Positions 39,088-48,838 of a stretch of 64,000 bases of DNA are shown here, piece by piece. This DNA comes from Candidatus Dormiibacterota bacterium (GTDB taxonomy: Bacteria; Chloroflexota; Dormibacteria; Aeolococcales; Aeolococcaceae). Position 1 is the stretch's first letter. Every line of letters begins with the position of its first letter. The notes below the pieces were generated by a model, which was not told the DNA's origin, ran no database searches, and was given only the letters and a program-made list of their open reading frames with translations. The stretch is from positions 384,001-448,000 of the forward strand of contig OY970355.1 of assembly GCA_963718525.1 (NCBI GenBank), given 5' to 3'. The position numbers and the translations under genes were made by a program.

Positions 39088-39675
39088 ATGAATGACGTCA
39101 TCGCGGCCGATGGGGACCTGGTGATCCGGCGCGTGTGGGATCACACCGATGACTACGAGTGGCTGGCGGCCTGGCGGAACAGTCCCCATGTCAAGGAGTG
39201 GTGGGACCCGGACGAGCCAGACGTCACGGCGGATGCGGTGGCTGCCGAGTTCGCCACGCGCGCCGGAGGTGAGCTGACGGCCTCGTGCATCATCGAGCTG
39301 GGCGGCGAGCCGGTCGGCTTCATCCAGTTCTACCCCTGGGACGCCGAACGGGAGTACCTGGCCGAGATCGGGGTGCGCCTGCCCGAGGGATCCTGGGGAC
39401 TGGACATCTTCGTCGGCGATGCCTCCCTCATCGGCACCGGCACAGGTTCGCGGACCGTCAGGCTGCTCTGCGACCACCTCTTCGCCGAAGGGCCTGCGAC
39501 CGCCGTCGCCCTCATCACCGAGGCAGGCAACGCCCGTGCGCACGCCGCGTACACCCGCGCCGGGATGCGCGTGTGGGGTGAGCCCTTCCTCGACACCGAC
39601 ACCCGGGGTGGTCAGCGCGTCAACTCGATCCTCATGATCCGTGACCGGCCCGGTGAAACAGCTGGCGGGCGATGA
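39088..39675 (+). CDS. GNAT N-acetyltransferase (AAC(6')-Ib/Ie or IucB-like fold)
   Basis: WRNSPHVKEWW, VGFIQFY, GLDIFVGD..LIGTGTG, NARA. Confidence 0.75.
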   Translation: MNDVIAADGDLVIRRVWDHTDDYEWLAAWRNSPHVKEWWDPDEPDVTADAVAAEFATRAGGELTASCIIELGGEPVGFIQFYPWDAEREYLAEIGVRLPEGSWGLDIFVGDASLIGTGTGSRTVRLLCDHLFAEGPATAVALITEAGNARAHAAYTRAGMRVWGEPFLDTDTRGGQRVNSILMIRDRPGETAGGR

Positions 39676-40777
39676 TCTCGCGCTGGACCTCGGACGCCCC
39701 CTCATAGATGCGGGTGCCGCGCACCTCGCGGTAGAGGTGCTCGAGGAGGTGTCCGCGCTCGAGGGCCCTGGCACCATGCACCTGGATCGCCACATCGATG
39801 GCGAGCATCGCGCTCTCGGTGGCGAAGAGCTTCGCCATCGCGGCAGCCTCGGTGTTGGGCAGGATGCCGGCATCCTGCGCGGCCGCTGCCGAGTGGACGA
39901 GCAGCCGCGACGCCTGGACTCGGGTGGCGACGTCGGCGAGCTGATGGCTCACCCCCTGCAGGCTGGACAGCGGCCCGCCGAAGGCCTGACGGTGTGCGGC
40001 GTGTGTGACCGCCGCATCGAGTGCAGCCTCGGCCATGCCCACGGCGCAGGCGCCGACGCTCGGCCGGAAGAGGTCGAGGGTGCGCATGGCGACCCCGAAT
40101 CCGTGGTCGACCTCGCCGAGAACGCTGCCTGCGGGCACGCTGACCCCGTCGAATCGAAGCCGGCCGATCGGGTGGTCGGCGATGAAGGGGATTGCCTCGC
40201 CGCTCAGACCGGCGCTTTCGCGGGGAACCGCGAAGGCGGTGATGCCCTTCGCACCGGCGCCCGCCGAGGTCCGCGCAAAGACCGTGTAGATGTCCGCATC
40301 GGGGGCGTTGGAGATGAAGATCTTCTCCCCGGTGAGCCGGAAGTCCCCCCCGTCGGCCTCGGCGGCGAGTGCGAGCGCGGCCACGTCGGACCCCGCGTCA
40401 GGCTCTGTCAATGCGAAGGCGGCAACCGCCTCCCCGGAGGAGACGCGCGGGATCCATCTCTTGACGATCTCAGTGCGACCGGCAGCCAGGATCGGATGCG
40501 CGCCGAGCCCCTGGAGTGCGAACGCCGTCTCGGCCTCCGTCGAATACCGCGCAAGGCCTTCGCGAATCAGGCAGAGGGTCAACGCCGGCACCTCGCGGCC
40601 CGCCGCGAGCACCTCAGGAACGAGCCCGTGCGTCGAAAGTGCCGCAACCAGCTCCCTGTTGACGGTGCCCGGCACCCCGGTATGCGCGATCGGGGCGAGG
40701 ATATCTCTCGCCAGCATCTCGCTCCTCACCAGGAGCTCACGTTGGGATCCGGTCAGATGCGCATATGTAGCGCTCAC
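39632..40777 (-). CDS. Acyl-CoA dehydrogenase (AbmD-like)
   Basis: ALQGLG, FALTEPDAGSDV, GEKIFISN, AMAKLFATE, RIYEGASEVQ. Confidence 0.9.
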   Translation of the reverse strand: MSATYAHLTGSQRELLVRSEMLARDILAPIAHTGVPGTVNRELVAALSTHGLVPEVLAAGREVPALTLCLIREGLARYSTEAETAFALQGLGAHPILAAGRTEIVKRWIPRVSSGEAVAAFALTEPDAGSDVAALALAAEADGGDFRLTGEKIFISNAPDADIYTVFARTSAGAGAKGITAFAVPRESAGLSGEAIPFIADHPIGRLRFDGVSVPAGSVLGEVDHGFGVAMRTLDLFRPSVGACAVGMAEAALDAAVTHAAHRQAFGGPLSSLQGVSHQLADVATRVQASRLLVHSAAAAQDAGILPNTEAAAMAKLFATESAMLAIDVAIQVHGARALERGHLLEHLYREVRGTRIYEGASEVQREIIARQLFHRAGHGS

Positions 40778-41181
40778 GCGATGACTGCGACGCCCACGAG
40801 CTCGACCAGCGCGGCCGGGTCGAACAGCTCGGTGATCCCGAGCACCGCCATCGCGGGATACCTGCGCCCGAAGTGGGTGCGCCAGACGCTGCCGAGCTCG
40901 GCGAGCGAAGCCCGATACCCGGCGAGATCGGTCACGTAGATCTGCAGGGACACGAGATCGTCGGGCTGGCCTCCGGCGGCATGAAGCGCGGCAATCAGGT
41001 TTCGCGCCGCCAGGTCGAACTGCTCGACGATGGTGCTCCCGAAGATGGCGCCGTCCATGGCCTGCGCCGTCTGCCCGCCGAGGTGGACGGTTCTTCCTGC
41101 TGCAGCGACGACCGCGTGGGCGTATCCAACCGGAGTGGGCAGATCCGGTGCGGTGATGATCTCGTGGCCCTTCTCGGTCAT
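40774..41181 (-). CDS. RidA/YjgF family protein
   Basis: GYAHAV, LGGQ, FGRRYPAM, LVELVGVAV. Confidence 0.9.
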   Translation of the reverse strand: MTEKGHEIITAPDLPTPVGYAHAVVAAAGRTVHLGGQTAQAMDGAIFGSTIVEQFDLAARNLIAALHAAGGQPDDLVSLQIYVTDLAGYRASLAELGSVWRTHFGRRYPAMAVLGITELFDPAALVELVGVAVIA

Positions 41182-42005
41182 CGGCCCTCCCACACCGGGG
41201 CGCGGCCCTCGGACCAGGCCCGGTGGAATTCTGCATGGTCACGGCTGCCCATGAGGAGCGCCTGGGTCGTCGCATCGAGTTCGAGAGAGCCCGCGAGTTC
41301 CATATCGAGCTCGCGGGTGAGCAGCACCTTGGTCGCCGAGTAGGCGAGCGCCGGGCCGTCAGCAAGGCGGCGGGCCATCGTCAACGCGGCCTCCGTCAGT
41401 GCCTCGTCGTCGACCACCGCCGTCGCAAGGCCGATCTCGAGCGCCCGCCCCGCGTCGACCGGCTCCCCGAGGAGCAGCAGCTCAGTGGCACGCCCCAGCC
41501 CGATCACCCGCGGCAGCAGATATGCCGACCCCATGTCCGCGCCCGCCAGTCCCACCTTGGTGAACAGGAACGCAAAGCGTGCCGACCGCGCCAGGAGCCG
41601 GAGATCCGACGCCAGAGCGATCACCGCCCCGGCACCGGCCGCGACCCCGTTGACCGCGGCAATCACCGGGAGCGGGAACTCGCGAAGCGCCCGGACGACG
41701 GATCCTGTCATGCGCGTGAACTCGAGAAGGTCACCCGCCTGCATCGATCGCAGCGCGCCGATGATCTCGACGACGTCTCCCCCCGAGCAGAAGCCACGTC
41801 CCCTGCCGGTGATCACGAGAACGCGTGCGTCGCCGCGATGGGGCAGCTCGGCGAGCAGGTCACGCAGATCCGCATAGACGTCGAAGGTGAGCGCCCCGAG
41901 CTTCTCGGGACGCGCCAGCGTGATCGTCGCAACGCCGTCCGACACGTCGAAGTCGAAGTGCTGCCAGCGGTCCGTGAAGCCGGCCGAGGCACGGAATCGA
42001 GTCAT
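41178..42005 (-). CDS. Enoyl-CoA hydratase family protein (AbmC-like)
   Basis: FCSGGDV, AAVNGVAAGAG, FTKVGLAGADMG. Confidence 0.9.
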   Translation of the reverse strand: MTRFRASAGFTDRWQHFDFDVSDGVATITLARPEKLGALTFDVYADLRDLLAELPHRGDARVLVITGRGRGFCSGGDVVEIIGALRSMQAGDLLEFTRMTGSVVRALREFPLPVIAAVNGVAAGAGAVIALASDLRLLARSARFAFLFTKVGLAGADMGSAYLLPRVIGLGRATELLLLGEPVDAGRALEIGLATAVVDDEALTEAALTMARRLADGPALAYSATKVLLTRELDMELAGSLELDATTQALLMGSRDHAEFHRAWSEGRAPVWEGR

Positions 42006-43606
42006 GCCTGACGGCCCTCCGCCTCACCGGCCGAGCCGGGCCTGTCGGTTTCGGGGCTCGCCCGGCGCAGCGCGCTGCGATCGATCTTGCCCGAGCCAGT
42101 TCGCGGCAGATCGGGGACCAGATGGACCTCGCGCGGGACCTTGTGCGGGGCGAGGCGCTCACGCACGAATCCCTGCAACTCCTCCGCGGTCACCGTGGCG
42201 CCGGATTTGACAGCTACCCACGCGCAGGCGCGGGACAGGCCGTCGTGTGCAGCGGCGACGACAGCGCACTCGACCACGTCGGGGTGGGTGACCAAGCAGC
42301 GCTCGATCTCCGCCGGCGCCACCCAGATGCCGCCGATCTTGAGGAGATCGTCAGCCCGTCCGCGATAAAGGAAATAGCCGGCGTCATCGCGCTCCACGAG
42401 GTCCCCGCTCATGACCAGGTCCCGTGCGAAGGTTCGTTCCGAGGCTGCGGCATCCTCCCAATACATGAGCGCAGCGCTCTCGCCACGCACCCAGAGCCGT
42501 CCGATCTCCCCATCGGGCAGCGGCTCGTCGTGGTCGTCCACGATCTCGGCGGCGTACCCGGGGACGACTTCACCGACACTGCCCGGGCGCACCCGGCCCG
42601 GTCGGTTCGAGATGTAGATGTGGTAGGCCTCGGACGACCCCATCCCGTCGAGCACCTCGATGCCGAACGCGTCATTCCAGCGATGGTGGAGCGGTTCCGG
42701 CAGCGCCTCGCCGGCGGATGTGCACAGGCGGAGACAGCTGAGGTCCCGGGCGGCGGCGCTGGGGTGGTCGAGCATTGCCTGCATCATGGTCGGCACGTTG
42801 ACCAGGATGGTCGGCCGGTACCGCGCGATCAAGTCGAAGATGAGCTCGGGGGTGGTTCGTTCGGCAAAGATCACCCCGGTCGCGCCGACGCCGAAGGGGA
42901 AGAGCGCCGCAAGATCACGTGCATAGCCGAAGAACAGCTTCGGCACCGGGAGGACGACGTCATCGGCGCTGATGTCGAGCACGCCTCGCGCGTAGCCGGC
43001 ATAGCTCGCCAGCGGGCTCCGTGCCGTGTGCACGCACGCTTTCGGCCTTCCCGTGCTGCCCGTGGTGAACTTCCAGATCGCTATGTCGTCCGGCCGCCTT
43101 GTCGCTGGCTGGAGGGTCGCCGCCTGGCGCGAGACGAGCGAACCGAAGGACACCTCCAACTCGCGGAGCTCGACTCCGTCGGCGTCGACCACCAGGAGGA
43201 GCGGACGTCTGCGCGTGGCCGCCGACGCTTCGCGCATACGCTCGATGGTGGTGCCGTCGACCACGACAACCGCGGCGGCGGTGTAGTCAATGTAGTACGC
43301 ATAGTCCTTCGGCTGCAGAAACGTGTACACCTCGGCCGTCACGGCCCCGATCTTCTGGACCGCATACCACGTGGCGACAAACTCGACCGAGTCCGCGAGC
43401 GCGAGGAGGACTCGGTCATCCGCGTGCACGCCGAGTTCCAACAGCGCGTTGCCGGCGCGGTTGGTGAGCTCCGCAAGCTGCTCGTACGTGCAGGTCCCCG
43501 CAGGCCCCACCAGGGCGGTTCGCCCGCCCCGCCCGTCGCTTACAGTGCGGTCGAGGAACGCGGTGGCCAGGTTCACCCCGGTCCCGGTCCCACCCACGGT
43601 GTTCAC
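42002..43606 (-). CDS. Benzoate/aminobenzoate-CoA ligase family protein
   Basis: FTTGSTGRPK, KLFFGY, SAGEALP, DGMGSSE, GRADDLLKIGGIWVAP, LPRTGSGKI. Confidence 0.88.
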   Translation of the reverse strand: MNTVGGTGTGVNLATAFLDRTVSDGRGGRTALVGPAGTCTYEQLAELTNRAGNALLELGVHADDRVLLALADSVEFVATWYAVQKIGAVTAEVYTFLQPKDYAYYIDYTAAAVVVVDGTTIERMREASAATRRRPLLLVVDADGVELRELEVSFGSLVSRQAATLQPATRRPDDIAIWKFTTGSTGRPKACVHTARSPLASYAGYARGVLDISADDVVLPVPKLFFGYARDLAALFPFGVGATGVIFAERTTPELIFDLIARYRPTILVNVPTMMQAMLDHPSAAARDLSCLRLCTSAGEALPEPLHHRWNDAFGIEVLDGMGSSEAYHIYISNRPGRVRPGSVGEVVPGYAAEIVDDHDEPLPDGEIGRLWVRGESAALMYWEDAAASERTFARDLVMSGDLVERDDAGYFLYRGRADDLLKIGGIWVAPAEIERCLVTHPDVVECAVVAAAHDGLSRACAWVAVKSGATVTAEELQGFVRERLAPHKVPREVHLVPDLPRTGSGKIDRSALRRASPETDRPGSAGEAEGRQA

Positions 43607-44364
43607 GGCGTGGGGTCGCTCGCAGCCTGTTCGCGAATCAGGTCGATCAGGAGGCGCGAGAGCGTCGCCAGGGTCGCCTCACCCTCCGCCGCGGTGGCCT
43701 CAGCCGGAGCCCCGCAATACGCCCGGTCCATGCCCATCGCCAGGAAGTCGGTCTGACCCGCGGCCATGGCAGCGGGCATGTTCAGCTCGTACGCGGGCAG
43801 CCGCCGCATGATCTCGACTTCGACCAGGTCGGGTCGCGTCGAGAGGACCAACGACGTCTCGTAGCGCCCCGCGTGGGCGGCGCCGCTCTGGAACTCGGGC
43901 GTGAGCTGCGCGGCCACCGCTCGGCGAGTGATATCGAGCAGACCAACCTTGGCGTCCACCGCGGCCCTGCGCAGGGTCTCGACCTGGGCGGGCTCGAAGT
44001 GGCTGTTGACGATCACCTGGTGGCGAAACCCCTGAGCGCGCAGTGACGCGCAGACCTCGAGCACGATTGCGTGGAGCGTGCCCTCGCTGATCGTGACCGC
44101 GCCCGTGAAGGCCGCCGAGTACCGGGTCACGCCGAACGCGATCTCGGGAAGCACGAACGCCCGTACCGTGCGATCGCCGGAGAGAGCCATGGCCGCCCGC
44201 TCGCAGATCGCCGTGGAGATGATCGAATCAGTCCCCAGCGGAGCGTGCGGCCCATGTGGCTCCACGGCCCCGACGGGCAGCAGCAGCACCGGCACGGGGC
44301 CTGCGTCGAGCAGCGCCCGCGCCCGCGGTGACGTCAGATCGGCGAAATGAATCGATGCAGGCAT
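43603..44364 (-). CDS. Creatininase family amidohydrolase
   Basis: LPVGAVEPHGPHAPLGTD, VNSH, HAGRYETS. Confidence 0.88.
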   Translation of the reverse strand: MPASIHFADLTSPRARALLDAGPVPVLLLPVGAVEPHGPHAPLGTDSIISTAICERAAMALSGDRTVRAFVLPEIAFGVTRYSAAFTGAVTISEGTLHAIVLEVCASLRAQGFRHQVIVNSHFEPAQVETLRRAAVDAKVGLLDITRRAVAAQLTPEFQSGAAHAGRYETSLVLSTRPDLVEVEIMRRLPAYELNMPAAMAAGQTDFLAMGMDRAYCGAPAEATAAEGEATLATLSRLLIDLIREQAASDPTP

Positions 44365-44419
44365 GCTGAGGACGCCACATTCACGAGGTTCCACACTTTA
44401 CAGTTGCGCCCAGACTCAG

Positions 44420-46792
44420 ATGCGAATTGCGGTTGTCGGGGGCGGGCCGGGCGGACTGTATTTCGCGGCGCTCAGCAAACAGCTGGATCCGAGCCACGAG
44501 ATCACCGTCTGGGAGCGCAACGCCGACGACGACACGTTCGGCTTCGGCGTGGTGTTCTCGGACGAGACGCTCGGCGGCATCGAGCACGCCGACCCCACGA
44601 TCCACGACGCGATGTCACGAGAGTTCGCGCGGTGGGACGACATCGACATCCATTACCGCGGAGAGGTGATCACGTCCGGCGGCCACGGATTCGCGGCGAT
44701 GAGCCGCAAGCGGCTGCTCGAGATCCTGCATGCGCGGTGCGTCGACCTCGGGGTGACGCTGATCTTCAACACCGAGGCCCCATGCGCCGACGAGCTCGCC
44801 GCGACGCACGACCTGGTCGTCGGCGCGGACGGGGTGAACTCGCCAACGCGAACGCGCTACGCGGAAACCTTCCGTCCGACACTGGATGTGCGCCGCTGCA
44901 AATTCATGTGGCTGGGGACCGATCTCGTGTTCGACGCCTTCAAGTTCTACATCGTCGAGACGCCACACGGCGTCATGCAGATTCACGGGTATCCGTACGA
45001 CGCCACGGGCAGCACCTTCATCGTCGAGATGAATGATGCGGTCTGGCGGCGTGCGGGGTTCGAGGTACTCGCCGGGCGCGCGTTCGCTCCCGGGGAGAGC
45101 GACCTTGCGAGTATCGCCGAGATCCAGCGCCTCTTCGACCCGATCCTTGATGGTCACGCGGTGCATGCGAACAACTCGAAGTGGATCAGCTTCGCCACCG
45201 TTCGCAACCAGTGCTGGCATCGCGGCAACGTGGTGCTCCTCGGTGATGCCGCGCACACCGCGCATTTCTCGATCGGATCGGGAACCAAGCTCGCGATGGA
45301 GGATGCGCTGGCACTTGCCGCCTGCCTGCACGAGCACGGGACCATCGCGAATGCGCTCGAGGCGTACGAGGCGGAGCGCACACCGGTCGTGGTGTCGACC
45401 CAGCGAGCCGCACAGGCGAGCCTCGAGTGGTTCGAGCGTCTCGGGCAGTACGTGCACCAGGCGCCGCCTCAGTTCGCCTTCAACATCCTCACCCGGAGCC
45501 GGCGCGTCACGTACGACAACCTCCGCCTGCGCGACCCGGAGTTCGTCAGCGATGTTGTCGACTGGTTCGCCGGTCAGGTTGATGCACAGCATCCGCAACG
45601 TTCTGGAGCGTTGACTCCGCCGATGTTTCAGCCATTCCGGCTTCGCGACCTCGAGCTGAAGAACCGCGTGATCGTTTCGGCGATGGACATGTACTCGGCT
45701 CTCGACGGCATGCCCAACGACTTCCACATGGTGCACCTGTGCAGCAAGGCCCTCGGGGGCGCCGCCCTGGTGATGACCGAGATGGTCTGTGTGTCCGCGA
45801 ACGGGCGGATCACTCCCGGCTGCACCGGCATGTACGCGCCGGAACACGAGCTCGGTTGGCAACGCATCGTGGACTTCGTGCACGAGCGAACCACCGCGAG
45901 GATCGGGCTGCAGCTCGGGCATTCAGGACGCAAGGGGTCGACGCGGCTCATGTGGGAGGGGATGGACGAGCCGCTCCCGGAAGGGAACTGGGAGGTGATG
46001 GGGCCGTCGCCGATCCCCTACTCCAGCGCCAACCAGGTGCCGCGCGAGCTGAGCCACGATGAGATGTCAGAGATTCGCGAGCACTTCGTCCGGGCGACCG
46101 CCGCCGCGGAGAGGGCGGGGTTCGACCTCCTCGAGTTGCACTGCGCACACGGATATCTCCTCTCCAGCTTCATCTCGCCGATTTCGAATCAGCGTACGGA
46201 CGAGTACGGCGGCAGCCTGCACAACCGGCTGCGTTTTCCGCTCGAGGTCTTTGCCGCCATGCGCGAGGTCTGGCCGGCACACAAGCCGATGACCGTGCGC
46301 ATCTCCGCAACCGACTGGTGGCCTGGAGGCACCGACGCGGACGATGCGGTCGAGATCGCACGCGCATTTGCCGCGCATGGAGCCGATGCGATCGACGTCT
46401 CGACAGGGCAGGTGACCAAGGACGAACAACCGGCATTCGGCCGCTCATACCAGACGCCGTACGCGGATCGAATCCGCAACGAGCTGGGCATCGCGACGAT
46501 TGCGGTCGGCGTCATCTCCTCGGCTGACGACGTGAATTCACTGGTGCTCGCCGGTCGCGCCGATCTCTGTGCTCTCGCGCGCGCTCATCTCTACGACCCG
46601 CAGTGGACCCTCCACGCCGCCGCCGACCAGGGGTATTTCGGACCAGGCGCCGAGTGGCCGGACCCATTCAAGGCCGGCAGTCGCAAGCCGCAGGCCGGGC
46701 GCGCGGACGGCCCCAAACCCAGGTTGCAGCTCATCCGCGAAGGCAGGCCACAGACGCGACACAGCCGCTGGCGCCCGTCAGCGCCGTCATGA
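44420..46792 (+). CDS. abmA: Bifunctional 2-aminobenzoyl-CoA monooxygenase/reductase (salicylyl-CoA 5-hydroxylase family)
   Basis: FAD monooxygenase N-domain (GGGPGGLY, DTFGFGVVFSD, GDAAHTAHFSIGSGTKLAMED) fused to an OYE domain (QLGHSGRKGS, HCAHGYLL, GRADLC). Confidence 0.9.
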   Translation: MRIAVVGGGPGGLYFAALSKQLDPSHEITVWERNADDDTFGFGVVFSDETLGGIEHADPTIHDAMSREFARWDDIDIHYRGEVITSGGHGFAAMSRKRLLEILHARCVDLGVTLIFNTEAPCADELAATHDLVVGADGVNSPTRTRYAETFRPTLDVRRCKFMWLGTDLVFDAFKFYIVETPHGVMQIHGYPYDATGSTFIVEMNDAVWRRAGFEVLAGRAFAPGESDLASIAEIQRLFDPILDGHAVHANNSKWISFATVRNQCWHRGNVVLLGDAAHTAHFSIGSGTKLAMEDALALAACLHEHGTIANALEAYEAERTPVVVSTQRAAQASLEWFERLGQYVHQAPPQFAFNILTRSRRVTYDNLRLRDPEFVSDVVDWFAGQVDAQHPQRSGALTPPMFQPFRLRDLELKNRVIVSAMDMYSALDGMPNDFHMVHLCSKALGGAALVMTEMVCVSANGRITPGCTGMYAPEHELGWQRIVDFVHERTTARIGLQLGHSGRKGSTRLMWEGMDEPLPEGNWEVMGPSPIPYSSANQVPRELSHDEMSEIREHFVRATAAAERAGFDLLELHCAHGYLLSSFISPISNQRTDEYGGSLHNRLRFPLEVFAAMREVWPAHKPMTVRISATDWWPGGTDADDAVEIARAFAAHGADAIDVSTGQVTKDEQPAFGRSYQTPYADRIRNELGIATIAVGVISSADDVNSLVLAGRADLCALARAHLYDPQWTLHAAADQGYFGPGAEWPDPFKAGSRKPQAGRADGPKPRLQLIREGRPQTRHSRWRPSAPS

Positions 46793-47323
46793 GCCGGCGA
46801 GGTCGCGCAGCTTGAGAGTCGTGTTCCAGTTTCGTTGCGTCACGCGCACGCCGAGGGTGCGCTCCCAGTCGGGCAGGGTCGTACCCATGACCCCGTTGGG
46901 CAGGCGCACGTAGATCGCGCGGTCGCCGAACGCGAACTCGTCGGGCATGCAGGCCTCACGGTCGACACCTGCCAACACTGACGCCGCCGGCTGAGCGCTG
47001 AGGAAGGCGACGTGCAGCTTGCTCGTGTCCGCGCCGGGCGTGACGAAGGGGTTGGCGTCGACCACCTTCGCGAATTCGGCAGCCGTGCGCACCATGACCA
47101 CCACATCCATGCCGAAGTCACCCTTGATGCGCGCCGAGATCTCGCGCTCGAGCGGCTCGGCGTTGCTCCGCGCGGACGTGAAGATCGCATTGCCACTCTG
47201 CCCATGAGTCCGGACCTCACCGTGGCCGATCGATTCGAGCATCGCGCGCAGATCCGCCATGGTGATCCGCTTGGCCCGTCCGACGTTGATGCCGCGCAAC
47301 AACGCCACCCAGGTGACGCTCAT
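46787..47323 (-). CDS. DUF1697 domain protein
   Basis: VALLRGINVG, MADLR, QSGN, RNWNT. Confidence 0.88.
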   Translation of the reverse strand: MSVTWVALLRGINVGRAKRITMADLRAMLESIGHGEVRTHGQSGNAIFTSARSNAEPLEREISARIKGDFGMDVVVMVRTAAEFAKVVDANPFVTPGADTSKLHVAFLSAQPAASVLAGVDREACMPDEFAFGDRAIYVRLPNGVMGTTLPDWERTLGVRVTQRNWNTTLKLRDLAGS

Positions 47324-48042
47324 GACGCCGGCAGCAGCGGGAGGTCGGCGAATGCCGCCGCCACGCTGTCAAGGAACCATTTACGCTCGCGCGCCATGAA
47401 GAACAGATGCCCACCGCCGAATGTCACGATCTGCGACCCAGCGATGCCCTGACGCATCTTCAGAGCCTCGCGCAGCGGGGCGATCTTGTCCCTCCTCCCA
47501 TGGAGAATGGTGGTAGGGACATGGATCTCGCTGAGGCGGTCGATGCAATCGTATGCGCGCGAAGCCTCGCGCTGGCGGTTGAACGCGTAACGTGGCTGCG
47601 GATGCTTCCCGCGGAATAACAGGGTCCCGACGATGCCCAGCATCTCCATCCGGGATGTCGGCGAGCCCGGTGGCCTCGCTGTCGCCATGGTGCTCACGAG
47701 AATGAGCCCGCCTACGCGCTCCGGATGTTCCAGTGCAAGGTCGAGTGCGATGCGCCCACCCATCGACACCCCGATCACGGTCGCATGCGACATGCCGGCT
47801 GCCTCCATGAGCCCGTCGGTGTCATTGGCCATCATCGGAATCGAATAGGGGGCATCGGGCTTGTCGGAGCGTCCTGCGCCGCGGTTGTCGAAGGCGAGCA
47901 CCCGGTGCGTCTGGGCACACCAGTTGATCATCCACTCCCACTCGGACAGATCGTTCGCGAGGCCGCCGATCAGCACCAGTGGCTCGCCGGAGCCGTGGAT
48001 CTCGTAGTACATGTCGATGTCGCCGACGTGCGTCATGGTCAC
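47320..48042 (-). CDS. Alpha/beta hydrolase
   Basis: FDNRGAGRS, GVSMGG, D and GGGH catalytic positions. Confidence 0.88.
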   Translation of the reverse strand: MTMTHVGDIDMYYEIHGSGEPLVLIGGLANDLSEWEWMINWCAQTHRVLAFDNRGAGRSDKPDAPYSIPMMANDTDGLMEAAGMSHATVIGVSMGGRIALDLALEHPERVGGLILVSTMATARPPGSPTSRMEMLGIVGTLLFRGKHPQPRYAFNRQREASRAYDCIDRLSEIHVPTTILHGRRDKIAPLREALKMRQGIAGSQIVTFGGGHLFFMARERKWFLDSVAAAFADLPLLPAS

Positions 48043-48044
48043 GA

Positions 48045-48818
48045 TCAGGCTCCCTGGCGCATCGCCAGATGCTCGAGCACCAGGCGGTTGACGATGTCAG
48101 GTTGCTCGACGTTCATCAGGTGTGCCGCGTGGGGAACCACCGCGGTCTCGGCATCACGGAACGATGCGCCGAACAGCACGGCACTTGCTGCCGGAACGAC
48201 TGGATCCTCCGCTCCGGCGATGATCAGCGTGGGCGCATCCACTCTGTGAATGGCGGTGCGCAGGTCACACGCCGCAAGCGCCTCGCAACACGCCGCGTAG
48301 CCTTCGGCGTCCATGGCGGTGAGGGCTTCGACGTAGCCGCGCAGCGTCTTCGGGTGCTCCCGCGCAAACCGGTCGGTGAACCAACGAGCCACCACACCGT
48401 CGGCAACGGACCCGATGCCGTGTGCCCGTACCGCCGCCGCCCGCTCGGTGAGCGTGGCAGCCGGCTGCAGGCGCGAAAGGGTCGCCATGACCACGAGGCT
48501 GCTGATCCGATCCGGGTGATTCGCGGCGAGCCAGAGACCGACCATGCCTCCAAGCGACACGCCGCAGAACGACACTGTTCGCGCGCCGAGCTTGTCGATC
48601 AACGAGAGAACATCCGCGCCCATGTCGTCGACGCTGTACGGGCCTGGCGGTGCGGGCGATGCGCCGAGGCCACGATGATCGTAGAGCAGCAGAGCGTGAT
48701 GCGTTGCAAGCGGATGTTGCGCGTCCCACATTGATCGGGTGGTGCCGAGTGCGCTGCTCATCACCAGCATCGGGTTGTCGCGATGGCCCATAACGGTGTA
48801 CGCGAGCTCTACGGTCAT
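48045..48818 (-). CDS. pcaD: 3-oxoadipate enol-lactonase
   Basis: LGTTRSMWDAQ, YDHRGLG, CGVSLGGMVG, RWFT, EGYAACCEAL, AHLMNVEQP. Confidence 0.8.
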   Translation of the reverse strand: MTVELAYTVMGHRDNPMLVMSSALGTTRSMWDAQHPLATHHALLLYDHRGLGASPAPPGPYSVDDMGADVLSLIDKLGARTVSFCGVSLGGMVGLWLAANHPDRISSLVVMATLSRLQPAATLTERAAAVRAHGIGSVADGVVARWFTDRFAREHPKTLRGYVEALTAMDAEGYAACCEALAACDLRTAIHRVDAPTLIIAGAEDPVVPAASAVLFGASFRDAETAVVPHAAHLMNVEQPDIVNRLVLEHLAMRQGA

Positions 48819-48838
48819 GCGGGCGCGGAGGCGGACAC

